DNA of 58,951 nucleotides, from contig JAPPOR010000007.1 of the NCBI GenBank assembly GCA_028817905.1, positions 3,502 to 62,452 on the forward strand, written 5' to 3'. The position numbers and the translations under genes are program-made. The notes under the pieces are model-generated. The model saw nothing but the letters and a program-made list of their open reading frames with translations. It did no database searches and was not told where the DNA came from. This document shows, one piece after another, positions 40,322 through 51,000 of this stretch. This DNA comes from Myxococcales bacterium. Its GTDB lineage: Bacteria > Myxococcota_A > Polyangia > Polyangiales > JAFGIB01. How positions within the stretch are numbered: position 1 is the stretch's first letter; each line of letters starts with the position of its first letter.

Positions 40322-40696
40322 ATGTCTGACTACTCTTGCCTTGTCGTCGAAGATTCTCCCATGATGCGCCAACTGATCGTCTTTGCACTGTCGCGCATCA
40401 AGTGCATTCAGGTCACCGAGGCGGACGACGGCATCGTCGGCCTCCGCGAGCTCAACAACTCCAAGTTTGATCTCGTCATCAGCGACATCAACATGCCGAT
40501 CATGGACGGTCTGAAACTCGTCAAGCGCATCCGTTCCGACGACCGTCACAAGGACGTCCCGGTGATCATTATCACCACCGAAGGCTCCAACGAGGATCGC
40601 GAGCGCGCGATGGCGCTCGGGGCATCTGCCTACATCACCAAGCCCATTCAGGCCCCGCAGGTGATCGAGAAGGTCAAGGAACTGCTTGGGATCTAG
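40322..40696 (+). CDS. cheY: Single-domain response regulator (CheY-like)
   Basis: LVVEDS, SDINMP, AYITKP; ATG at 40322. Confidence 0.9.
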   Translation: MSDYSCLVVEDSPMMRQLIVFALSRIKCIQVTEADDGIVGLRELNNSKFDLVISDINMPIMDGLKLVKRIRSDDRHKDVPVIIITTEGSNEDRERAMALGASAYITKPIQAPQVIEKVKELLGI

Positions 40697-40705
40697 CGCT
40701 AGCTG

Positions 40706-41356
40706 CTAGCCCGCCTTGGCGGCTCGGATAAAGGCCTCCACCAGGGTGGGGTCCTTGATGCCCGGGGCGGATTCTACGCCGCTTGCGACATCCACGCAGA
40801 AGGGGCGCACGGCCGCGATCGCGGCAGCGACGTTGTCCGGGGTGAGGCCGCCGGCCAGGGCTAACTTGCGGGTGCGCGCGATTTGCGCCGCAAGACGCCA
40901 ATCGGTACGGGCGCCCGTCCCGCCGGGCTCCCCCGAGACATAGGCATCCACCAAAATGTACTCGCCGCCGTAGCGGGCCGCTTCCGCGATACCTTCCGGT
41001 CCACGTAGGCGGATGGCCTTGTAGGCGTGTGGCAAAACGCGCGACAAATACTCTGGGGATTCCTGACCGTGGAGCTGGACGCAGTCGAGACCGAGCCGGC
41101 TCTGTAGGCCCATCAACTCCTCGATCGGCCGATCGACGAACACCCCGACACAGAGGGCGCGGCCAGCGATCGCATCCACAATCGCGTGCGCGGTCGCTTG
41201 GCCAATGCAGCGGGGCGAACGCGGGTAGAAGTTGAGGCCAATGGCGTCTGCGCCCGCGTCCACGGCCTGGAGTGCGGCCGCAGGTCCCGTGACGCCGCAG
41301 ATCTTCACCTTCGTTTCGGTCACAGCTGAATCGTCCGGATGGGGCTGGGCTCTCAC
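40706..41356 (-). CDS. trpF: Phosphoribosylanthranilate isomerase
   Basis: VKICG, SPR, VGVF, QLHGQE, GGTG, LAGGLTPDNV, VDVASGVE..PG.KD. Confidence 0.96.
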   Translation of the reverse strand: MRAQPHPDDSAVTETKVKICGVTGPAAALQAVDAGADAIGLNFYPRSPRCIGQATAHAIVDAIAGRALCVGVFVDRPIEELMGLQSRLGLDCVQLHGQESPEYLSRVLPHAYKAIRLRGPEGIAEAARYGGEYILVDAYVSGEPGGTGARTDWRLAAQIARTRKLALAGGLTPDNVAAAIAAVRPFCVDVASGVESAPGIKDPTLVEAFIRAAKAG

Positions 41357-41838
41357 TGGGGTTTGCGGGAAGGCGAATCCGCGAGTCCTACCGAGGCAGC
41401 GTGCCGTACGGCTTCGCGTACATCGTCGTTTTGGATGAATGCGAGCTCGCGCGCAACCGTTTCCGGCAGGTCACGGAGCGGAACCACATGGACCGGCTTG
41501 GGCGGCGGGCGCGGCGGCAACGGCAGGTCGGGAAGGGGGCCCACGCGAAAGATCAATCGTGTTACGACACATTGTGGGAAGCGCGACCGTAGTGCTCGAA
41601 GCAGTGATTCGCCCTCCAACTGCAAGGTGTTGGCCCAGGCCGGCGACCGCGTGTGTATGGTCAGATCTCCCCGGCGCAGCCGCGCAGGCCGGGCATTCTC
41701 GGCGACTCGCTGCGGCACGCTCCTACACCAATATGCATTCAGTGCGATCAGCTCCCGATCGTGGGGAGCACGGCCTGGCATGACCCGGGCAACCACACCC
41801 GCCACTCCTTCCATGCCACCCTTACGTCGCTTCGCCAT
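41353..41838 (-). CDS. dciA: DUF721 / DciA family protein
   Basis: W..V..VAENARP..LR.G.L.I...SPAWANTLQL pattern. Confidence 0.75.
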   Translation of the reverse strand: MAKRRKGGMEGVAGVVARVMPGRAPHDRELIALNAYWCRSVPQRVAENARPARLRRGDLTIHTRSPAWANTLQLEGESLLRALRSRFPQCVVTRLIFRVGPLPDLPLPPRPPPKPVHVVPLRDLPETVARELAFIQNDDVREAVRHAASVGLADSPSRKPQ

Positions 41839-41954
41839 CGCCGCTGTTCGGCAGCATACACCCCCCGAAATAGGCGCGATAGGGGTCGATCGTTTAGGAT
41901 CGGCTCGCGCGTCTCTGGACCGCCCACCACCCTGATTAATAAGGATTTGCGCCA

Positions 41955-43127
41955 GTGGAGTACTCCGTCATCGATGAGCCCGCGCGCCTGCAAGAGCTGC
42001 TCTCGCCGCTTTTGGAGGTGCAGCGCGTGGGGATCGATTTCGAGGGAGACGGGCTTTTTCGCTATCGACCACGGGTCTGTACGATGCAGCTGTGCGCAGA
42101 TGATACCCCGGTCGTTCCCGTCGTTGTGGATACCCTCGCCTGCTGGGACTCGGAACTGCTACAAGCGTTCCTGGGGCCACAAGGGCCCCTCAAGGTTCTT
42201 CACGATGCCGCCTTTGACACCCGGCTGCTCTGGAGCCATGGGATCCGGCTCGGTCACATCTTCGACACGGCACTGGCCGCCAGACTGCTGGGCGAACCCG
42301 CGACTGGGCTCTCATCCCTCTTGGCCAAGCGTTGCAGCGTGGAGATCCAAAAGGACCAGCAGCAGGCCGACTGGGGTCGCAGGCCGCTCACGCAGAAAGC
42401 GATCCGCTACCTGCATGACGACGTCCGTCACCTATTCTTGCTGCACGACAGTCTGGCGAGCGATGTGGACCGGGTGGGGATCGCCGAAGAGCTGCAAGTC
42501 GAGTGCGACTATGTACTGGACCAAGCTTGCCGGCCGGATCCACCCGAAAAGCCTCCGTGGCTGAGGATCAAGGGAGCTCGGCGGCTGCCCCCTGTGCAGC
42601 GCGGCGTCCTTCGGGAACTGGCCCAGGTACGCGATTCGGCAGCGCGCACCTGGGACGTGCCTCCCTTTCGAGTCGCGCACGACCGAGAGCTTCTCGAACT
42701 GGCGCGCCGCCGGCCCGATCAGCTCGCCGGGCTTCGAGGGATCAAATCCCTCGCTCGCGGGCGGGCCAAGTCGATCGCACAAAAGTGGCTTGCAGCAATC
42801 GCTCGCGGGGTCACTGCCGGGGATGCGCCCGCCGAGGAGCTTGACGACCAGACCGCAGGAGGCCCTTCACCAACGGAGCGCGCCCGACGCAAGCGTCTGG
42901 AACGAGCCCTGGTGGCATGGCGGACGCGTGAAGCACAGCAACGTGGCGTGGATGTGCAGGTCGTCTTGCCAGGGCATGGACTGCAAGACCTGATCAAGCA
43001 CGCACCGGCGGACTCTGATGCCCTCCGGGCGATCGATGGCTTGGGTGACGTGCGGGTCGACCGCTACGGCGACCACTGGCTCCAGCTTGTCCGCCAGGAG
43101 AGCTCCTCTCAGCGAGGTGAGTCGTGA
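41955..43127 (+). CDS. rnd: Ribonuclease D (DEDDy 3'-5' exonuclease + HRDC)
   Basis: GIDFE, KVLHDAAFD, FDTALAA, DWGRRPL..Y..DD; two HRDC-like regions. Confidence 0.9.
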   Translation: MEYSVIDEPARLQELLSPLLEVQRVGIDFEGDGLFRYRPRVCTMQLCADDTPVVPVVVDTLACWDSELLQAFLGPQGPLKVLHDAAFDTRLLWSHGIRLGHIFDTALAARLLGEPATGLSSLLAKRCSVEIQKDQQQADWGRRPLTQKAIRYLHDDVRHLFLLHDSLASDVDRVGIAEELQVECDYVLDQACRPDPPEKPPWLRIKGARRLPPVQRGVLRELAQVRDSAARTWDVPPFRVAHDRELLELARRRPDQLAGLRGIKSLARGRAKSIAQKWLAAIARGVTAGDAPAEELDDQTAGGPSPTERARRKRLERALVAWRTREAQQRGVDVQVVLPGHGLQDLIKHAPADSDALRAIDGLGDVRVDRYGDHWLQLVRQESSSQRGES

Positions 43128-45886
43128 GGTGGCTGCTGCGTATCACTCAGCTGCGGGCCGATGACCTGCAGCGCGCCGGGCCACTCGCACTGGCTTACGG
43201 CCTTGTGATGGCTGCTCTTTATGTACTCAAGCCGGTCCGCAACGCGCTGTTTCTCGACCGTTTCGGGGTGGATGCGCTACCCGGCGCGATGATCATGGTA
43301 GCCATCGTGGGCGCACTCACGGCTGCCGGGTATGGGCACCTAGCCCGCTCGACCCGAGTTGATCGGCTCGTACTGAGCATGTTCATGGGCTTCATCTTTT
43401 GCCTGCTCGGGTTTCGGCTGTTGCTTCCGCTCGGGTACGGAGAGAGCTACTACGCGTTCTACGTTTGGGTCGCGTTGTACGGCTTGGTGGCCGTCTCTCT
43501 CTTGTGGCAACTCGCGAACCTCCGCTTCAATGCCCGAGAGGCGCGGCGTGTGTTCGGCATCATCGGAACGGGAGGAATTTCCGGAGCGATCTGTGGGGGC
43601 CTCCTAACCGGCGGTCTGGCTGATGCGCTGGGCACAGAGAATCTCATGCTGGTGGCCGCGGGGTTGTTGGTCGCAGCCTGGTGGTGCCTGCGAGCGCAGG
43701 CGCAGCCCGCCACCCCCGCTTCACGTCCCACCGAATCCGCTCCGGCAGAGCAAGCAGCAGACGGAGCGCTATCCGCGATTCGCTCTTCGCGCCTGCTGTC
43801 CTGGATGGTCCTGACAGTGGCCCTCATCGGGCTGATTTCGGTCGTCGTCGACATCCAGTTCAATGACGCGGTGCAACGCGAGTTTCCCTCGAAGAACGAA
43901 AAGACCGCCTTCTTCGGCGAGTTCTACGCGTATTTCAATGGTCTGGCGATCGCCGTGCAGCTGGCGCTGACCACGCGGGTCTTGACGACCCTAGGTGTGG
44001 GCTGGGCACTGCTCGTGCTGCCACTATCACTCGCCCTCGGAACGTTGGGCCTGGTGGTGGCCCCGGGGGTGCTAGCAGCGTCGTTGCTCAAAATGGCGGA
44101 TGGTTCCCTTCGGCACTCCATCCACAAGAGCGCCTTCGAAATCCTGTTCATCCCCATTCCGTCTGCGACCAAGAAGCAGGCAAAGCTGTTCCTCGACGCG
44201 ACCGTGGATTCCACCGCAACGGGCGCGGGCGCCCTGCTGGTGATGTTTCTCGTCCGGGAGTTCGATGTCGAGTATATCGCCCTCAGCGGCCTGTCGGGTG
44301 TGCTGCTCTTGGGACTATTCATGTGCGTCTGGGGCCTGCGGAGGGCCTACCTCGACACGCTCCGACACGCATTCGAGAAGCGCGAACTAGACCCCTCGGA
44401 ACTCACGATCGACATCACCGAAGCAGGCGCCGTCGAGGCCCTCATCGATGCACTGGACGATGACCGAAGCTTGCGCCGGAGCGCCTACGTGTTGGAAATG
44501 CTCGGGTCGGTAAGGGACCCACGCCTCCCAGCCCGGGTGCGACCCTTCCTGACGGCTCAAAGCGCGGACGTGCGTCTGAAGGCCTTGCGGGTGCTCGCCG
44601 CCCAGGAGCTGGAACAGGACGTTCTCGACGAAGTGTTTCAACTGCAGGGCGACCCCGACCATGGCGTCCGCGTCGAGGCCCTGCGCCTACTCAATGCCCA
44701 CAGCGAGCAGGGGCCGATCCGAGCACTAGACTCCCAACTACATAGCGATCGTGTGTCGATCCGAGCAGCAGCTCTGGGAGTTATCGCGACCAGCGGATCA
44801 CCCCGGGAAAAGGCCCTGGTGACCCCAGAGCTGCTAGACGACCTGCTCGGGCTGGAGGGGCCGGCCGGCGTGCAGGCGCGCCTGCACGCAGCCACCGTGC
44901 TCGGGAGCTTGGAACGCAGCGGTCTGGACCGCTACTGGCAGCGACTCCGCAACGACGCCAGCGAGGCAGTCGTGCGGGAAACGATCAAGAGCGCCGGCCA
45001 GACCGAAAGTCCGGAGCATGTACCCTGGCTGTTTGGCCTACTCGCCGATCGGCGCTTTCGGATGGATGCACGGCTGGCGCTGTCACAGTACGGTGAGACC
45101 GTCATCGACGAGATTGATCGGCGCATGGCCGACCCCGACGTGCCCGACCGGATGTGGCGCGTCTTGCCGCGGATCCTCGCTCGGATCGAGTCCCAGCGAT
45201 GCGTCACTTCGCTCATCGCGCATGCCCGAGGGGCGCAGTGGGAACGCCGGCGTTCGTTGATCGAGGCGCTCGGGAAACTGCGCAAGCGCTTTCCGAGCCT
45301 GCGCTTCGAGCAGCCGGGAGTCGACGAGCTGTTGTCGCACGAGCTCGAGAGCTGCTACCTACATTTGTCCGTGATGCGCGTGCTCCCGAAAGGGGAACCT
45401 CCGCAGACCGGGATGAGCCTGCTCGCCAACACCCTCGCGCAACGGCGCACCGAGGCCCTGGCGCGCGTGTTCGCATTGCTCGCGCTGCGCTATCCCCCCC
45501 GCGACATCGAAAACGCGCACAGTGCCTTGTGCCGCGGCCGCCCGGAAGAGGTAGCCAGCGCATTGGAGTTCCTGGACAACCTGCTGACATGGCGAGAGAA
45601 GGAGCACCTCTTCCCGCTTGTCGACCCCGAGCAGATGAGGGCCCTGGAACAGGCCGGGAGCACCAGTTTCGGACCGCGCTGGCCAACCTCCTTGCCAGAA
45701 GCTGTGCAGCTCGTCATGACCCGCTCCGACCCGTGGCTCCGAGCCTGCGCTGTGTATGCGATGAAGGGCGCAGACCCGATAGATGTGGCCGCACTTGCGC
45801 AGATGGCAGCCAACGACAGCGACCCAATCGTGCGCGAGACCGGCGAGACCCTGCTGGTCGGACCGCTGCAGGTGGTGCGTGCCTAG
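43124..45886 (+). CDS. NTT (Npt1/TLC ATP/ADP translocase-like) MFS transporter fused to HEAT repeats
   Basis: LKPVRNALFL, FNAREARRVFG..G, LRHSIHKSAFEILFIPIP..K..AK; ~12 TM helices then HEAT repeats, ending at ALEFLDN..DPWLRACA. Confidence 0.88.
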   Translation: MRWLLRITQLRADDLQRAGPLALAYGLVMAALYVLKPVRNALFLDRFGVDALPGAMIMVAIVGALTAAGYGHLARSTRVDRLVLSMFMGFIFCLLGFRLLLPLGYGESYYAFYVWVALYGLVAVSLLWQLANLRFNAREARRVFGIIGTGGISGAICGGLLTGGLADALGTENLMLVAAGLLVAAWWCLRAQAQPATPASRPTESAPAEQAADGALSAIRSSRLLSWMVLTVALIGLISVVVDIQFNDAVQREFPSKNEKTAFFGEFYAYFNGLAIAVQLALTTRVLTTLGVGWALLVLPLSLALGTLGLVVAPGVLAASLLKMADGSLRHSIHKSAFEILFIPIPSATKKQAKLFLDATVDSTATGAGALLVMFLVREFDVEYIALSGLSGVLLLGLFMCVWGLRRAYLDTLRHAFEKRELDPSELTIDITEAGAVEALIDALDDDRSLRRSAYVLEMLGSVRDPRLPARVRPFLTAQSADVRLKALRVLAAQELEQDVLDEVFQLQGDPDHGVRVEALRLLNAHSEQGPIRALDSQLHSDRVSIRAAALGVIATSGSPREKALVTPELLDDLLGLEGPAGVQARLHAATVLGSLERSGLDRYWQRLRNDASEAVVRETIKSAGQTESPEHVPWLFGLLADRRFRMDARLALSQYGETVIDEIDRRMADPDVPDRMWRVLPRILARIESQRCVTSLIAHARGAQWERRRSLIEALGKLRKRFPSLRFEQPGVDELLSHELESCYLHLSVMRVLPKGEPPQTGMSLLANTLAQRRTEALARVFALLALRYPPRDIENAHSALCRGRPEEVASALEFLDNLLTWREKEHLFPLVDPEQMRALEQAGSTSFGPRWPTSLPEAVQLVMTRSDPWLRACAVYAMKGADPIDVAALAQMAANDSDPIVRETGETLLVGPLQVVRA

Positions 45887-46020
45887 CTAGCCGGCGGGAT
45901 GTGAGCGGCATCAAGAGTTGCTCTTCTGCAACTGGACCCCTGCTCGCCACCGTGTGAATACGCTGGCATGGAGTGGGTGGTGCGATCGTTCACCTCGTCC
46001 GGAAACGGAGGCTTGGCGAA

Positions 46021-47556
46021 ATGAGCAAGGGTGGTTCTTTGATGATGATGGCAGCGGCCCTTGTGGTCGGTTGTGGCTCGGACGAGCGGCCGGGGATGTC
46101 GACCACCGTGCCGATGGTCCAGGCGGGCGCACAGGCACCCGCGCCGCAAGCCCAGGCGACGGCCACACAGACGGCGACCATGCCCGTCGGAATCGCCGAG
46201 AGCCCACCCGCCGCTTCTCAGCCGACCGCAAGCGACGCGGCCCAGCTGGCCGAGACACCCGTTTCCGACCCAGGGATTGAGCTGCCAAGCGCCGACGAGT
46301 CCGGCGCGATGGCCCAGAGCACCCTGCCCTGCAACGTGGCAACCATCATGACGGGCCGGTGCGGGCAATGCCACGGGGCATCCACGGTCGGTGGCGCCCC
46401 GATGTCGTTGACCACGCTCGAGGACTTCCACAAGCCGAGCTACAGCGATCCGGCACGCTTGGTCTACGAACTGGTTCAGGAACGGATCAACGACGAGGCC
46501 CGCCCCATGCCTCCGGGCAGCCTGATGCCAGATCCCGATCTGAGCGTGCTCAATACATGGTTGGGGGCAGGTGCCAAATCCGGCACCGTTGCGGACGCCA
46601 ACTGCCCAGCAGCGGAGGCTGTGCCAACGATCGAGATGGAGCCGGAGACAGCGCGCGATCCGAACGAGGAGTGCTTCGAGTTGCGCATGCACGGAGCTCA
46701 ATCCCCGGGCGATACGTCCGAATACACGATCGAATCCGGCGAGTATTACAACTGCTTCTACTACAAGGTGCCGTGGGACAAGCCGGTCGAGGGGACCCGC
46801 TTCGGCAACGCGTTCGAAAACGAGGCATTGCTGCACCATTGGCTGCTGTACACCACAAACAGCACCGCAGGCGGCACCTTTGAACGCTGCACGGGTTCGC
46901 ACATAGGTGACAACTCCCAACTGCTAGCGGGTTGGGCCGTCGGAGGGCGCGACGTCGAAATGCCACCCCAGGCCGGCTTCGAACTTCCCCCGCCAGGTAG
47001 CCACGTCCTGGTCGAGTGGCACCTGTTCAACACGACCGGCAGAAGCGTGGGCGACTCGTCTGGCATTCAGGTCTGCACCATCCCGAAGGGTACGCGTGAG
47101 CACACCGCGACGATGGCGACCCTGGGAACGGAGGACTTCAACGGGTTCCTGGGGATGCCCCCGGGCGTGGAGAGCACCTTCTCCGGCACCTGTCGGCCGA
47201 GCCGGCAAGGAATGAACGCCGGTGACCCGATCCACATCTTCACGTTCCTACCGCACATGCACAAGCTGGGTCGCAGCATGCGATCCGTAGTGAATCGGGG
47301 CGGTGGAGCGACCGAGGAAGTGTTCAACAAGCCATTCGACTTCAATCAACAGATCCACTACGAGGTCGCAGTGGATCTGTTCCCGGGCGATACGATTACC
47401 TCAACGTGTACGTTCTTCAACAACACAGGTGCGTCGGTCGCCTATGGACCCTCTTCGGAGCAGGAGATGTGTTACCAGTTCGCGATCTCCTACCCCGCCG
47501 GCGCTCTCAAGAACGGCGCCTTTGGCTTGAACGGTGCCACCAACAACTGCTGGTAG
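46021..47556 (+). CDS. Lipoprotein: haem c domain + copper type II ascorbate-dependent monooxygenase (PHM/DBM-like)
   Basis: VVGC lipobox; CGQCH..MPP; LLHHWLLY, PHMH and EMC copper-ligand motifs; GGAGG upstream. Confidence 0.82.
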   Translation: MSKGGSLMMMAAALVVGCGSDERPGMSTTVPMVQAGAQAPAPQAQATATQTATMPVGIAESPPAASQPTASDAAQLAETPVSDPGIELPSADESGAMAQSTLPCNVATIMTGRCGQCHGASTVGGAPMSLTTLEDFHKPSYSDPARLVYELVQERINDEARPMPPGSLMPDPDLSVLNTWLGAGAKSGTVADANCPAAEAVPTIEMEPETARDPNEECFELRMHGAQSPGDTSEYTIESGEYYNCFYYKVPWDKPVEGTRFGNAFENEALLHHWLLYTTNSTAGGTFERCTGSHIGDNSQLLAGWAVGGRDVEMPPQAGFELPPPGSHVLVEWHLFNTTGRSVGDSSGIQVCTIPKGTREHTATMATLGTEDFNGFLGMPPGVESTFSGTCRPSRQGMNAGDPIHIFTFLPHMHKLGRSMRSVVNRGGGATEEVFNKPFDFNQQIHYEVAVDLFPGDTITSTCTFFNNTGASVAYGPSSEQEMCYQFAISYPAGALKNGAFGLNGATNNCW

Positions 47557-47863
47557 CGCAGCACAATGACCGAACACGCTCGCGCGGCGCTTTTTCCACA
47601 TGGCAGCGCGAGTTGAACTTTCGAACCTTCCCGGGGCCCCTTGTGCACGACCGAGATCGACGATGAACGTCCGATGTGATCGACTGCAGCCATAGGCCCT
47701 GACCATCGAGCTCAGCACTGCAGCAAGGCAGCCTGTCGTTCGTAGTCGGCCTCAACATCCGCCGTCACCAACCAGCCTCCTGCCGCACACCCGTGGCTCA
47801 CACATCTACAAGCATCGCAACACCAAAGTTGCGCCAATGCTCTTCCGTCCCAAGCAAGCCACT

Positions 47864-47878
47864 TGGCACAAAACAAGC
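47864..47878 (+). promoter_or_regulatory. Possible sigma54 (-24/-12) promoter
   Basis: TGGCAC-AAAAC-AAGC with exact GG-N10-GC spacing in an AT-richer intergenic region upstream of the 48038 gene; the -12 box is imperfect. Confidence 0.3.
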
Positions 47879-48037
47879 CGTGGATCTTGTGCAAAGTTTT
47901 CGTATAATCGGAAGACGACACGGCGCTGCCGTGGGTAGTCGTGGGGCAATCATAAAGTAATCGTAGGGTAATCGCCGGGGGGGCGCGGTGATCCCGAAAC
48001 GCCATTCTGCTGCTACTCGCAGCGGTCTGGGGGAAAT

Positions 48038-51000
48038 TTGGAGGCACGCGTGGTCTGTCATAGCGCCGTCCTGGCACCTATCTCGCTTAGACGGGGGTCG
48101 CCGCTCGGGTTGTTGCTGTCGTCGCTTTGGTTCTGCGCCGGCTGCGATCTCCCGGCGGTGCAGCAAGAGCAACCGACACATGTAGGTCTGGCAGCAGCGG
48201 CCCTAAGCGACCCGCCAGCTCCCGGCTGTGTGGTGGCCACCCGGGATGGCCGCGAGTACTGGTTCTGCGTCGACGAGTCCGATTGGAACGAAGCGCGCGG
48301 CAAGTGCCTGGTGCAGGGCATGGACCTCGTTCGGGTGGATAACCAGGACGAGGAAGATTTCCTGCGTATGAACCTGGTTTCCGCCGCCTGGATGGGCGCC
48401 ACCGACCTGTCGGTGGAAGGCGAGTGGCTGTGGATCGACAACGGCGACCAGTTCTGGAGCGGCGGCGGCTTTGGCTCGGCGGTGGGAGGACTGTACGAGA
48501 ACTGGACCTTTCTCGAGCCAAGCAATCTGGGTGGGCAGGATTGCGCGACGATGAGCGACTCTCCCCTGGACGGCTGGCGCGACAGGGATTGTGGCGACAA
48601 CTTCGCCTACGTTTGCGAGGGAGCACTCGCAGCCGACGATGAAGGCCTGGCGTGTACCGACACGGCGGGTCCTGCAGCCGCTCCGTGGCCAGCATTTGGC
48701 CGATGCCTGACGCAACAGGCCGTGAGCCCGGTGGTCGGCGCCCAGGAGCCCTCCCCTGTCTCCACGTTTACAACCGGTGACGAAGTGATCTCTTCGCCCG
48801 CCGTGGGCGCGGATGGCACGGTCTACGTCGGGTCCGAAGATGGCTTTCTCTACGCAGTAAACCCGGACGGAACACAGCAATGGGCGTTTGATGCCGGTGA
48901 CGCGGTTCGTTCCTCACCAGCGATCGGCTCGGACGGAACGATCTACGTGGGCTCCGATGACGGGCGAGTGTTTGCCGTAACACCGACGGGCGACGAGCTA
49001 TGGAACTTCCGCACCTGGTTCAATGTACGGTCGGGGCCGCGAGTGGCCCCGGATGGTACGATCTACGTGGGCTCCGACAACGGCAGGCTCTACGCGCTGA
49101 GTCCTACTGGCGACAAGCTCTGGCACCTGCAAACGCCCTCGCCGGTCCGAAGCTCCGTCGCGATCGGCCTGGACGGCACGATCTACGCTGGGTCCGATGG
49201 CTGGATCGCCTATGCGATCAACCCAGACGGATCACCGCGCTGGACGTTCCAAGCGCTAGGCCCGATAAGCGCTACGCCCGCGCTCGGTCCGGATGGCACA
49301 GTGTATATCGTGTCCTTCGACGGTCACTTGCATGCCCTCAACCCGGGCAACGGCACGTTGCGTTGGCGCTATCTCCTAGGTGCGCCCAGCGTCTCCTCTC
49401 CGGCACTTGGTCCCGATGGAATCATTATCCTGGGTGACTCCCTCGGGCGCGTCCGCGGGATCGCTCCCGATGGGCAGCTCGCCTGGGAGACATCCCTTGG
49501 AGCCGCAGTGCTATCCTCGCCAGCCATCGGAGCGGATGGGACGGTCTACATCGGAGCCAGCGACGGCCGCCTATACGCACTTGACGGGACCACAGGCCTG
49601 GAGCGCTGGTCCGTGCAAACCGGCGACGAAATCATCTCTTCGCCAGCGATCGGCGCGAACGGGACCATCTACGTTGGCTCCCTCGACCACAATCTCTACA
49701 GCATCGGCGGCGGCCCCAAGCCGCTCCTGCAGTGCGTGAGCCAGGTGGGTGCGAACCGGTACGCTGCACTGTTTGGCTACGACAACCGCCTGCCGATCGA
49801 GCTCGACATTCCCGTGGGCGCGGACAACCAACTCTCACCGACGCCGACTCCCGCGGTAAGCCCCATCGAGACGTTCGAACCCGGGGTCGTGGACACGGCA
49901 TTTTGGGTACCCTTCGACGCCGGGACGACGATGACCTGGACGCTACGAGGCAGGAGTGTCACGGCCGATCAAGACTCCGAGCCGTGCACCACAGAGGCGT
50001 ACCCGGAGCCGCCGACCGATCCCATCCTCGATGAAGCCATGGGAATGCCCGAAGACCCGTCATCGGTGGCCCCTTCGCGCCCCAAGCTGGCCTCGTACTA
50101 CACCGACGCGCAACGACAGCCGCCGACCATGGACACGAGTGCAAGCACCATGCATGGCGGCGGCGGCACCCAGTCGACCTCAAACGGCGTGGGTGTTGTC
50201 ACCCAGGCGCTGAGCTCGGTGACCCTGCCCTTCAAGCTCACACTAACCAGCATCATCGCGCAGCAGGACGGGGGTCTGGCGAGCCTCGATGTCGACGCAC
50301 GGGTCTTCATCAACGGGGTCGAGCTGCCGAACCGACACCTGTTCACATGTGGAAGCGCTACCGTCGGTTGCATTCTAGGACCGATGGAACTCGACGAGGA
50401 GTTCACGTTGGCCGTCCCCATCGACCAGCCAACGGTACCCGTCCGCATCGAGATCATCGAGCGGGACAACGCCTCCGCCGACGACATCGAGGTAACGGTC
50501 GACCTAGTCGTGGACAATACCGACGGAACCTGGACTGGGACAGTTGCGTCGCCGACCGACTGCCACACAAGCGGTTCCGATTGGACGATCTGTTGGGATG
50601 TGATGCAAACGGGCATCCCCAGCGGCCTCTCATCGCCGCGAGTATGCGGTGTGTGGCCCGCGGACTACGTGGACGAAGGCTTTGGGGAAGACACCGTGGG
50701 GACCCCGAGCCCCGGCGGCGACCACGACGAATACCCCGCAGCCTTCGCCGAGTTCATCCTCGAGGTGCAGGGGCCAACGGGCAATGTGCACGTCGGAGCT
50801 TTCTACGAGAACGGCGTTCTGCAGTCTGGTACCCCCGCGTTCCTGGACTCGGAGGGCTGCATCCCCGCCGGCGTGATTCCGGTCGAGGCTCTGCTGTTCG
50901 TCGATGGGGCCGCTCCGGGCGACCTGGCCAACGGGGGGCTGGAGATGAGCCTCGTGTACCGGACCACGTTCGAGCGCTCAGACGGAGTTCGCTTCTCGTT

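Noticed and set aside
45906-45922. Sigma54 promoter upstream of the monooxygenase gene
   Set aside because: GG-to-GC spacing is 11 rather than the required 10
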